Below, piece by piece: positions 17,072-25,760 of a DNA stretch of 42,822 bases. The notes beneath the pieces are model-generated. The model was not told the origin of the DNA. It worked only from the letters and a program-made list of their open reading frames with translations, and did no database searches. A program made the translations under genes and the position numbers. Within the stretch, counting starts at the first letter, position 1. Each line of letters opens with the position of its first letter. The stretch comes from an uncultured Bacilli bacterium (GTDB lineage: Bacteria; Bacillota_I; Bacilli_A; RF39; UBA660), in the NCBI GenBank assembly GCA_947629135.1, contig CANRCN010000003.1, positions 1 to 42,822 of the forward strand, in the 5' to 3' direction.

Positions 17072-17283
17072 GTTTTCTTTTTATTTAAATCAAGTCCTAT
17101 TAATTCTAATTTAATTACTACTTGTTTAATATCATTATCAGATAATCCAATACTTTTTAGAAATGGACGATTCTTAATCCAAAGATCTTCAATTTTTAAA
17201 ATATTATTTTCTTGAAATAAACTATTTAATTTTGAATTTAATTTTAAATAACTAATATCTTCATCTAAATATTTATTACGCAT
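17065..17283 (-). CDS. Stand-alone RNA polymerase alpha-subunit C-terminal-domain-like protein
   Basis: LDEDISYLKL...NNILKIEDL...IKQVVIKLELIGLDL parallels the RpoA-CTD pattern (L..IEEL.LS.R..N.L...GI.TV.EL...SL.EV..KL.ELGL.L); ATG 17283 overlaps the carD end (track start 17298). Confidence 0.7.
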   Translation of the reverse strand: MRNKYLDEDISYLKLNSKLNSLFQENNILKIEDLWIKNRPFLKSIGLSDNDIKQVVIKLELIGLDLNKKKTK

Positions 17284-17767
17284 GATCCATTCCCTCACAT
17301 AATCTATTAATTACATACTCTTCAGTTTCATTTATACTCATTTCAAGAACAACAGAAAACTCAGGTATAATATATTTTTCAGCCATTTCCATATAGTTTT
17401 TATCTTTATCACTTATTTTTCTTTTGTTATCAAGTCTTTTCTTATTTCTTAAATAAGTAGTTTTTATAACTTTAATTAAATCTTCATAAGAACCACTAGC
17501 AATTAATTTTTTATATTCATTTTCAAGTAATTTATCATCATCTGTTAGTATTTCAATATTTTGCATATTATCAAGAATATTATTAACTTCATTTAAACTA
17601 AGTAAATTTCTAATTGCTTCATTTGTAATAGGAACACTTAATTTTAAAGATTCATCATTTATAGGAACTAAGATATAGTAATCAGTATCATTCATATATT
17701 TTTCTTTAATATCAAATATTTTACAAACATCCTTTAAATAAATAACATAATCACCTATTTTATACAT
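17276..17767 (-). CDS. CarD/CdnL family RNA polymerase-interacting regulator
   Basis: MYKIGDYVIY..VCKI.DI...YYIL.P...LSVP N-terminus and EFSVVL C-terminus; SD AAGGAGG before ATG 17767. Confidence 0.85.
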   Translation of the reverse strand: MYKIGDYVIYLKDVCKIFDIKEKYMNDTDYYILVPINDESLKLSVPITNEAIRNLLSLNEVNNILDNMQNIEILTDDDKLLENEYKKLIASGSYEDLIKVIKTTYLRNKKRLDNKRKISDKDKNYMEMAEKYIIPEFSVVLEMSINETEEYVINRLCEGMDHA

Positions 17768-17827
17768 TATAAACCTCCTTGTAGAACCAACAACTAATAA
17801 TGTACGTAGTCCTTTTTTTTCACATAT

Positions 17828-17892
17828 ATTATAACACTTTTTAATGAAAAATGTAAGAAAAATTTGCAATTTTTATGTATTTATGATATAAT
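17828..17892. promoter_or_regulatory. Divergent promoters for the carD-like operon and the 514-aa gene
   Basis: - strand: TGtTATAAT (17836-17828); + strand: TTGCAA(17864-17869)-N17-TATAAT(17887-17892) with an extended TG. Confidence 0.65.
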
Positions 17893-17915
17893 TAGAAACC
17901 AAAGAAGGGGTAGGT

Positions 17916-19460
17916 ATGTTTGATACTTTTTATATTGATTTAGATATTTTAAATAATGAAACAAGAAGGATATTTGATTATCATGATTTAGAAGAATTTA
18001 TTATTAATAAAGAAATTTTAGTTTATATTATTAATAACAAAGATATGTTATTAAAATTAATGGATATTATGTTAGATAAGACTAAATATTCTATTAAATT
18101 AGAAATAAAAAATAGAGAATCAAGTATTACTATTAGTAAGATGAGTTTGTTTCAAGAATTAATGAAAATAATTGAAGAAGATAATATTAAAATAGATAGA
18201 GAAGTATCTATAAAATTAAGTAATGTTTTTAGAAATACTAATTATAATGTTTCTGATATTAAACATGAAGTAATAATTGATAATGTTAAAGAAATCTATC
18301 CTGTTAATTTATTCTTTGAATTTTTATACTTAGATAAATTAAACTATAAATTAATAAGTAATATTAATATATTTAGGGGTTATGAACTTAGTCATTTTGT
18401 ATATGCTTTAATGGATTATTTAAAAAAGAATCATATTTTAGATTTATATGATTTTAATAGTGAAGTAATAGAAAAAATAAAAGATTTAGCAAGTATGCAA
18501 TTTGTTGATTATGAAGCATTTAATAAATATCAAGATACGGTTGATAATAATTTAAATTCAATAAAAATTAATAAAGAATTAGAAAGTATTTTAGATAAAG
18601 AAATGGAAAATGGTAAAGATACTTTTGATAAACTAATGAAAGTTTATTTAAAATTAGGTTCTTTATTTAGTTATGATATTAAGTTCTTTTTAGGAGAATA
18701 TACTCTTCATAAAAAAATAAAAAATATTTCTAAACTTAATCTTAGAAATAATAAAACTGTTTGTTTTGAAATGTATGGGATTCTTGCTTATTATTTAAAG
18801 AAATTAAATATTAATTATAAAGTTTATCCAGAAGATTATAAATATGGTTCTGACCATCCTTATATAGTATTTAGATATAATGAATATTTAATAAAAATAG
18901 ATTTAGTTAAAAGTACTCTTACATCAGATTTAATTAATATTAAATTAAATGATAATTTAAATGGTATTACTTGTATTAATAAGAATGAACAAACAAGATT
19001 ATCTTTTAATAATTTTTTAAATAGATATTATAAGAGAAAATTCTTTGATTATGAAGAGGTTATGTTACCTAGAACTAGATTTATATATGATAATCCTATT
19101 AATGATAACATTAAAGAATTATTAAGATATATTGATTTAGCTTATGCAAGAGTAAATGATGATTTAGATGTAATGGATAAAATGGGTATATTTTTATCAA
19201 GTTTAAAACAATTAAAAAATAAATATTATTTAGATAATATGGATATGCAAGTTGTTAGAGATTATAATAATAAATATGGTATTTCTATGTTAATATCTTT
19301 ATATGATGGTAATGATTACATGTATGTTTTATATGATTTAGATTATTTACAGATATTTAATAGAAAAGATATGAAAGAAATATTTGAAAATGCTAATATT
19401 ACTAGATTACAAGAGAAAGATATACCTGGGTTAGATAATAAAAAAATGATTACAAAATGA
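17916..19460 (+). CDS. Hypothetical protein with a putative transglutaminase-like/papain-like catalytic core
   Basis: VCFEMYGILAYYLKKLNI ... DHPYIVF ... IKIDL gives Cys-His-Asp in the typical spacing. Confidence 0.55.
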   Translation: MFDTFYIDLDILNNETRRIFDYHDLEEFIINKEILVYIINNKDMLLKLMDIMLDKTKYSIKLEIKNRESSITISKMSLFQELMKIIEEDNIKIDREVSIKLSNVFRNTNYNVSDIKHEVIIDNVKEIYPVNLFFEFLYLDKLNYKLISNINIFRGYELSHFVYALMDYLKKNHILDLYDFNSEVIEKIKDLASMQFVDYEAFNKYQDTVDNNLNSIKINKELESILDKEMENGKDTFDKLMKVYLKLGSLFSYDIKFFLGEYTLHKKIKNISKLNLRNNKTVCFEMYGILAYYLKKLNINYKVYPEDYKYGSDHPYIVFRYNEYLIKIDLVKSTLTSDLINIKLNDNLNGITCINKNEQTRLSFNNFLNRYYKRKFFDYEEVMLPRTRFIYDNPINDNIKELLRYIDLAYARVNDDLDVMDKMGIFLSSLKQLKNKYYLDNMDMQVVRDYNNKYGISMLISLYDGNDYMYVLYDLDYLQIFNRKDMKEIFENANITRLQEKDIPGLDNKKMITK

Positions 19461-19468
19461 TTACATAA

Positions 19469-20050
19469 TCATTTTCTTTTGTCTAATATTTTATCAATTA
19501 AACCATATTCTAAAGCTTCTTTACTATCTAAGAAATAATCTCTTTCTGTATCTTTTGTTATCTCTTTAATACTTTTTCCTGTATTTTGAGATAGTATAGT
19601 ATTTAGTTTTTCTTTTAATTTTAAAATTCGTTCAGCAACTATTTTTATTTCTGTTGCTTGACCTTGAACTCCTCCTAATGGTTGGTGGATCATCACTTCG
19701 GCATTTGGAAGTATGTATCTTTTTCCTTTTTTTCCGCATGAAAGAAGAAAAGCTCCCATTGATGCAGCCATACCTATACAAATAGTTGATACATCACTTT
19801 TAATAAAATTCATTGTATCCATGATAGCCATTCCAGCTGTTATAGAACCACCTGGTGAATTAATATATAAACTTATATCATCATGATTAATTGAATCTAA
19901 GTAAAGAAGTTCTGAGACAATTATATTTGATAAATTGTCATCAATTTCTCCACTTAATAATATAATTCTATCTTTTAATAATCTTGAAAAAATATCATAA
20001 CTTCTTTCTCCATTTGCTTCTTTATCTACTATAACTGGTACTAAACTCAT
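19469..20050 (-). CDS. clpP: ATP-dependent Clp protease proteolytic subunit
   Basis: [37 protein letters not shown] and DTERD motifs. Confidence 0.98.
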   Translation of the reverse strand: MSLVPVIVDKEANGERSYDIFSRLLKDRIILLSGEIDDNLSNIIVSELLYLDSINHDDISLYINSPGGSITAGMAIMDTMNFIKSDVSTICIGMAASMGAFLLSCGKKGKRYILPNAEVMIHQPLGGVQGQATEIKIVAERILKLKEKLNTILSQNTGKSIKEITKDTERDYFLDSKEALEYGLIDKILDKRK

Positions 20051-20190
20051 TTTATCACCTATAATTAAGATATGTTATAAGTTAAAAAATATACTAATAT
20101 TTTATTTTTCTTTAGATGTAAAAGTATGTAAATAATATTGATTAATAATATTTTAAATAATATAATATTGGACTAGGAAGTGATATTAGT

Positions 20191-20934
20191 ATGTTAACAG
20201 TTCAAAGAACTTATTATAAGAATTTTAATGTAGAAGAAAAAGAAGAATTAAAAAATTTATTAAAAAGATATGGTGATACTCTTAATAAACCAACTTTAGA
20301 ATATTTAAATGCTTTAATAGAGTTGGAGTTTTCAGTAATTAAAGATAATATTAGCAGTTCTAAGAAAGAAAATTTAATAGAATTAGAACTTTATAGAAGA
20401 ATAGCAATTTATAATATTTATAATAGAGTGTTAAATTTATTGAAATCACATGAAGGACTTGATATACATAGTAATAGTGGTGGATATGAAGGAATTTATG
20501 TAACTAGAAAGTTAGAAGATGATAGTACTTTAGAAGTTTTTAATTTTGATTATGATATAAATAGAAGTAGAGTAGGTAAAATTGATTTTTATGAAACTAG
20601 AGAAAAGACTTTAGATGAAAGAATGGCTGAAATAAATTATGCTAAAGGTGCTATAGAAAGAATAAGTAATGAAAAAAGTAATAATACTAATGATTTAGAA
20701 GCAATTGAATTAGACCGTAAGAGAAGAATAGAACATTATGAGAATATGTTAAAAGAGTTAGAAAGAGAAAGAACATTAAGTGATATAGATAAGAAAAAAA
20801 TAGAGTTTAGTAGATATTATTTAGAATTATTATTAGATGAATTTGGATTAACTAGAGAAGATTTAACAGATAATAAATTACTTGTTAAAAGGATGCCTAG
20901 ATTAACTATTAAAAACAATATTGAATGTTTATAG
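20191..20934 (+). CDS. Hypothetical soluble protein with a coiled-coil-like segment
   Basis: 247-aa ORF; own promoter TTGATT(20138)-N17-TATAAT(20161) and terminator at about 20933-20957. Confidence 0.75.
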   Translation: MLTVQRTYYKNFNVEEKEELKNLLKRYGDTLNKPTLEYLNALIELEFSVIKDNISSSKKENLIELELYRRIAIYNIYNRVLNLLKSHEGLDIHSNSGGYEGIYVTRKLEDDSTLEVFNFDYDINRSRVGKIDFYETREKTLDERMAEINYAKGAIERISNEKSNNTNDLEAIELDRKRRIEHYENMLKELERERTLSDIDKKKIEFSRYYLELLLDEFGLTREDLTDNKLLVKRMPRLTIKNNIECL

Positions 20935-21044
20935 AACAATTTAGTTGTTCTTTTTTATATATTAGGAAAGTGTGTTTCAAAATTCATATAAAAAAGTCTA
21001 TAGTTTAATTAAATATCAAAAAAATAAAATATATAATAATGTGT

Positions 21045-21140
21045 TAAGAAAGTGAGGATACAAAGTATCCTAAGAAGTAGAAAAGGGAAGCTGTGAGGCT
21101 TCCAAGTGATTTTGGTATTTATTCTAAAATTGCTTTTGTT
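21045..21140 (+). ncRNA. Candidate structured small RNA (three hairpins)
   Basis: AGGATAC-aaa-GTATCCT; GGAAGCT-GTGA-GGCTTCC (GNRA loop); 12-bp stem 21104-21135 with 3 G-U pairs, then U-rich; TATAAT at 21032-21037. Confidence 0.45.
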
Positions 21141-21152
21141 CATTAAATTCCC

Positions 21153-21181
21153 TTTACTTATTTTAGGTTACATGATATACT
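21153..21181 (+). promoter_or_regulatory. Sigma-A promoter of the nucleoside kinase gene
   Basis: TTTACT-N17-TATACT with an extended TG. Confidence 0.6.
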
Positions 21182-21203
21182 ATTAGTATGGTTGGAGGAT
21201 AAT

Positions 21204-22859
21204 ATGTTAGAAAGTATAAAAGTATGGGTTGAGGATAAAGAAACAATTGTTAAGAAAGGAATTACTTTGCTAGAACTTAGTAAAATGTATGATGAGTTAT
21301 TTTTACATAAAATAATTTTGGCTAAAGTAGATGGAGAATATCATGAATTAAATGATGTTATTACAAAGCCATGTCATATTGAATTTTATGATTTATCTTC
21401 TAGTTATGCAAACCGTGTTTATTTAAATGGTTTAGTTTTCCTTGTAAATTATTGCTTTCAGGATTTATTTAAGAAAAAAGGATATTTATTAACAAGACAT
21501 TCAGCTGATAAAGGATTATATATTGAAGCTACTTGTAATTTAACAAGGGAAATGGTATATGATTTAGAGAATAAGATGAATGAAGTTGTAAGAGATAATT
21601 TAAAGATTCATAAAGTAACTATTTTAAGAGAAGATGCTATTTCATATTTTGATGAAATAGGTGATACTAAAAAATCTGGATTATTAAAATATATGACTAA
21701 TACTTATGTTAATTTATATAGAATGGGTAATAGTTATAATTATATGTTTAGTTTAATGCCATGTGAGACATCTTGTTTAAATGAATTTAAATTAACTTAT
21801 TTAAATGAGGATGGATTTATACTAAGATTTCCAACTATTTATAGTGCAGGAGAGATTCCAAGATATAAACATCATGCTAAGTTATTTGAAGTATTTAGAG
21901 ATTCTAAAGACATGTGCAAACTTATGAATCTTGAAACATCGGTTGATTTAAATAATATAATTACAACTGGTAAAATTGGCGATTTAATTAAAGTTACAGA
22001 GACTTTATATAGTAATAGACTTTTAAATATTGCTAAGAAAATAGCTAGTGATAAGAAAGTTAAAGTTGTTCTTATTGCTGGACCATCTTCAAGTGGAAAG
22101 ACAACTACTACTAAAAAATTATCAATGTATTTAAGAAGTTTTGGATTAAATCCTGCTGTTATTTCAATGGATGATTTCTTTGTTGAGAGAGTTGATACTC
22201 CAAAGAAAGCTAATGGAGAATATGATTTTGAATGTTTAGAAGCAGTTGATAGTAAGTTATTTAATAGTACACTTGATAAATTATTAAAAGGCGAGAAAGT
22301 AATTTTACCAGTATTTAATTTTGTAACTGGTAAAAAAGAATTTGATAAGGCTAATACAATGAAGTTAGAAAAGAATGATATTCTATTAATAGAAGGAATT
22401 CATTGCTTAAATCCAACTATACTATCAAATATTGATTCAAGTCGTAAAATGAAGATTTATTTATCAGCTTTAATGGAGATTAATATTGACAAGGATAATA
22501 GAATTCCAACAACTGATAATAGATTAATTAGAAGAATTATTAGAGATTATTATACAAGAAATTATACTCCAGAGGAGACTCTAGAATTATGGAGTAGTGT
22601 AAGAGACGGAGAAGAGAGACATATTTTTCCATATCAAGATGAAGCAGATGTTACTTTAAATACAGGTCTTGTTTATGAATTCCCAGTTTTAAAAGTTTAT
22701 GCTCTTCCACTTCTTTATACTGTTAAAGCTGATAGTCCATATTATGAAGATGCAAAAAGACTTATTAGATTATTGGATATTTTCTTACCAGTTCCAAGTG
22801 AAGAAGTTCCAAATGATTCTATTTTAAGAGAGTTTATTAGACATAGTTATTTTGATTAA
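21204..22859 (+). CDS. Uridine kinase/PRK-family nucleoside kinase with an N-terminal ThrRS-like (TGS/editing-like) region
   Basis: IAGPSSSGKTTT Walker A, ISMDDFF, IEGIH, RLIRRIIRD and GEERHIFPYQ; SD GGAGG before ATG 21204 (track start 21192). Confidence 0.88.
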   Translation: MLESIKVWVEDKETIVKKGITLLELSKMYDELFLHKIILAKVDGEYHELNDVITKPCHIEFYDLSSSYANRVYLNGLVFLVNYCFQDLFKKKGYLLTRHSADKGLYIEATCNLTREMVYDLENKMNEVVRDNLKIHKVTILREDAISYFDEIGDTKKSGLLKYMTNTYVNLYRMGNSYNYMFSLMPCETSCLNEFKLTYLNEDGFILRFPTIYSAGEIPRYKHHAKLFEVFRDSKDMCKLMNLETSVDLNNIITTGKIGDLIKVTETLYSNRLLNIAKKIASDKKVKVVLIAGPSSSGKTTTTKKLSMYLRSFGLNPAVISMDDFFVERVDTPKKANGEYDFECLEAVDSKLFNSTLDKLLKGEKVILPVFNFVTGKKEFDKANTMKLEKNDILLIEGIHCLNPTILSNIDSSRKMKIYLSALMEINIDKDNRIPTTDNRLIRRIIRDYYTRNYTPEETLELWSSVRDGEERHIFPYQDEADVTLNTGLVYEFPVLKVYALPLLYTVKADSPYYEDAKRLIRLLDIFLPVPSEEVPNDSILREFIRHSYFD

Positions 22860-22899
22860 AATCAAAATATTGGATAAATTAATAAGGAGAGGAGAAAAA

Positions 22900-23907
22900 A
22901 TGAAAGTAGCTATTAATGGGTTTGGTCGAATAGGAAGATTAGTTTATAGAATTATGAATGAGGAGTATCCAAATTTGGAAGTTGTTGCAATTAATGATTT
23001 AACAGATGCTGAACAACTTGCATATTTGCTAAAGTATGATACCAATCATCGTAATTATAGAATCGATGATATTAAATATGATGATGAAAATATTATAGTA
23101 GGAGATAAGAAAATCAAAGTTCTAGCTGAAAAAGATCCTGTTTTACTTCCATGGAAGGAATTAGGAGTTGATTTAGTTTTTGAATGTACTGGTCATTTTA
23201 CAAGTTATGACAAAGCTCTTGCTCATATTAATGCTGGTGCTAAGCACGTAATTGTTTCAGCTCCATGTAAAGGTGATGTTAAGACAGTAGTTTATAATGT
23301 TAATAATGAAATTTTAACAGGTGATGAAGATGTTATATCAGCTGCTAGTTGTACGACAAATTGTCTTGCTCCAGTGTTAAATATAATTGAAAAGGAGTAT
23401 GGAATTGAATCTGGTTATATGACAACAGTTCATGCCTATACTAATGATCAAGTAACACTTGATGTTGCACATAAAAAAGGAATTAAGGCAAGACGTGGTA
23501 GAGCTTGTGCTGCTAATATAGTTCCAACATCAACTGGTGCTGCATCTGCTATAGGAGCAGTTATTCCAAGTTTAAAAGGAAAGATGAAAGGAATTGCTAT
23601 GCGAGTTCCTGTTCCAACTGGTTCAGTTGTTGATTTGGTATTAAAGTTAAAGAAAAAAGTAAGTATTGATGAATTAAATGATACTTTTGAAAATAATCAA
23701 AATGAAACAATTAAATTGACTTATGATCCAATTGTATCAAGTGATGTTATTGGAAGCAGTTATGGAGCTATAGTTGATGGGTTATCAACTGATGTATTAG
23801 AAACTGAAGATGGTGATTTAGTTAAAGTAATTGCTTGGTATGATAATGAAATGGGATACTCTTATCAAATGGTAAGAACAGCTAATTATTTTGCTAATAA
23901 AGAATAA
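22900..23907 (+). CDS. gap: Type I glyceraldehyde-3-phosphate dehydrogenase
   Basis: AINGFGRIGR, ASCTTNCLAP, RVPVPTGS and WYDNE; SD GAGGAG before ATG 22900 (track start 22852). Confidence 0.98.
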   Translation: MKVAINGFGRIGRLVYRIMNEEYPNLEVVAINDLTDAEQLAYLLKYDTNHRNYRIDDIKYDDENIIVGDKKIKVLAEKDPVLLPWKELGVDLVFECTGHFTSYDKALAHINAGAKHVIVSAPCKGDVKTVVYNVNNEILTGDEDVISAASCTTNCLAPVLNIIEKEYGIESGYMTTVHAYTNDQVTLDVAHKKGIKARRGRACAANIVPTSTGAASAIGAVIPSLKGKMKGIAMRVPVPTGSVVDLVLKLKKKVSIDELNDTFENNQNETIKLTYDPIVSSDVIGSSYGAIVDGLSTDVLETEDGDLVKVIAWYDNEMGYSYQMVRTANYFANKE

Positions 23908-23930
23908 AAAAATGAAAGGAATGGTAGGTT

Positions 23931-24494
23931 ATGCTAGATGCAATTATATCTTTATTTCGTGACTTTTTAAGTGGAACACGTTATATTATATATGTATTGA
24001 TATGTTTAACTTTACTATTCGCAATTGTTGGATATATGTTTAAACAAAAGTATGGAAAAGTTGAGTTTAAAATGTCTACAGGTAAACCTGCAGATGATCA
24101 AGAAAAAGTTCCAACAGCTTCTCCAAAAGATAAAAAAGTTAAGAAATCTAAAAAGGAAAAAAAGAGTAAAAATGAAACTAAGCAAGTTGCCCCAACACCT
24201 CAAGCTACACCAAACGTGGCAGCAGCTCAAAAACCAGCTGTTCAAACTCCACAACCTGTACTTCAATTAGCTAAGGTTCCACTTCAACAATCAGCAACAC
24301 CAGCAACTTCAAGTCCAAATGTTTCAAAAGCAACTTCAATTCAAGAGCCAACACCAGTTGCTAAACCTCCTGTTCAAGTAGCTCAAAGTCAACCTCAAAC
24401 TGGAACTTTACAACAACCAACTGCTATACCAGATTTTGGACAGAAAAAAACTGGTAATCCAGTTATAGATGATGATATAACAACAATTATTTAA
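23931..24494 (+). CDS. Single-TM protein with Lys-rich then Pro/Gln/Thr/Ala-rich disordered region
   Basis: N-terminal hydrophobic helix, low-complexity body, terminator at 24493-24515. Confidence 0.75.
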   Translation: MLDAIISLFRDFLSGTRYIIYVLICLTLLFAIVGYMFKQKYGKVEFKMSTGKPADDQEKVPTASPKDKKVKKSKKEKKSKNETKQVAPTPQATPNVAAAQKPAVQTPQPVLQLAKVPLQQSATPATSSPNVSKATSIQEPTPVAKPPVQVAQSQPQTGTLQQPTAIPDFGQKKTGNPVIDDDITTII

Positions 24495-24562
24495 GAGTTT
24501 AAGACTCTTTTTTTTGATTTTTAATTAAATATATTATATAATAAATTTGAAAAGGTGATATT

Positions 24563-25036
24563 ATGTTTAAAATAGAAATACCCAAAATTGAAGATTTAAA
24601 AGAAATAGATAGAATAGCTCTTCAAGTTCATGAATGTCATGTAAAATGGAGACCAGATATATTTGTTCATACTGATTATATTTTAGATAAAGAAGAATTA
24701 CAATATTTAATTGATGAGAATAGAATCTTTGTTTTTAAATTAGATAATTTAATAGTAGGTTATATTTCAGTATTTTATAAAAATAGTATTAAAAATGGAT
24801 ATAGGCATCAAAAAGAAATTATAATTGATGCAATTGGAGTTTTAGAAGAATATCGAAATCAAGGAATTGGTAGAAAGTTATTAGAGTTTATAAAAGAATA
24901 TGCTATTAAGTATGGTTATACTAATTTAAAGTTAAGTGTTAACGAAGAGAATGAAAATGCTAGACATTTATATGAAACATTAGGATTTAAAGTTAAAAAT
25001 ATTTCTTATTCGATGTCTTTAAATAACAAAAAATAG
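24563..25036 (+). CDS. GNAT family N-acetyltransferase
   Basis: V..EYRNQGIGRKLL motif A and N..A..LYETLGF. Confidence 0.92.
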   Translation: MFKIEIPKIEDLKEIDRIALQVHECHVKWRPDIFVHTDYILDKEELQYLIDENRIFVFKLDNLIVGYISVFYKNSIKNGYRHQKEIIIDAIGVLEEYRNQGIGRKLLEFIKEYAIKYGYTNLKLSVNEENENARHLYETLGFKVKNISYSMSLNNKK

Positions 25037-25105
25037 TTGTTGTAATACAATTATTATAATTAAAACTATAATTTTTACATTAAATTTACAAAATATAGGT
25101 GATTT

Positions 25106-25753
25106 ATGAAAAAAGGAAGTATTATTATTTTAATTTGTTTGTTATTAATTATTTCAGGTATTATTAGTCTGTTATATTTTTATAATTATTTACCTCATAA
25201 GAAGTATACAAATGATGATTTTGATATAATAACTTATAAAAGTAAGATTGATAAAGATAATGATGGAATAGATGATCAAACTGATATTTTAAATAATGTG
25301 AGAAAGTATCTTGATGCAAAACCTAAATATAAAAGCAAATATTATGAAAATGGATATCCTGATGATAATTATGGGGTTTGTACTGATGTTGTTGCCTTTG
25401 GGCTTAAAGAGGCAGGCTATGATTTAAGAGAATTAGTTGATTATGATATTAGAAATAATAAGAGTAATTATAATATAGATAAGATAGATAAAAATATTGA
25501 TTTTCGAAGAGTTAAAAATTTACAAGTTTATTTTAAAAATAATGTGATTAATTTAACAACTGATATAAAAGATATAGAAAACTTTCAAGGTGGGGATATT
25601 GTTGTATTTAAAAATCACATAGGAATTATATCTGATAAAAGAAATTATAAAGGAATACCTTTCTTAATTCATCATGCAAATCCTTATCAAAGATATTATG
25701 AAGAAGATGTTTTAGAAAGATATGAAATAATTGGACATTATAGAGTTAGTTAG
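25106..25753 (+). CDS. DUF1287 (YijF-like) membrane-anchored protein
   Basis: GVCTDVV, NIDFRRVKNL, GDIVVF..HIGIISD and GHYR motifs; N-terminal TM. Confidence 0.85.
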   Translation: MKKGSIIILICLLLIISGIISLLYFYNYLPHKKYTNDDFDIITYKSKIDKDNDGIDDQTDILNNVRKYLDAKPKYKSKYYENGYPDDNYGVCTDVVAFGLKEAGYDLRELVDYDIRNNKSNYNIDKIDKNIDFRRVKNLQVYFKNNVINLTTDIKDIENFQGGDIVVFKNHIGIISDKRNYKGIPFLIHHANPYQRYYEEDVLERYEIIGHYRVS

Positions 25754-25760
25754 GTGAATT

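Noticed and set aside
17768-17869. 34-aa N-terminal extension of the CarD-like ORF in the track
   Set aside because: Contains the gene's own -10 element and SD; the real start is ATG 17767
21106-21186. 26-aa hydrophobic ORF (MILVFILKLLLFIKFPLLILGYMIYY) resembling a type I toxin
   Set aside because: Runs through a terminator-like hairpin and the kinase promoter; T-rich DNA gives such peptides by chance; no antisense promoter seen
24015-24270. Two alternative-frame ORFs (83 aa on -, 81 aa on +)
   Set aside because: Lie inside the low-complexity 187-aa gene; no expression signals
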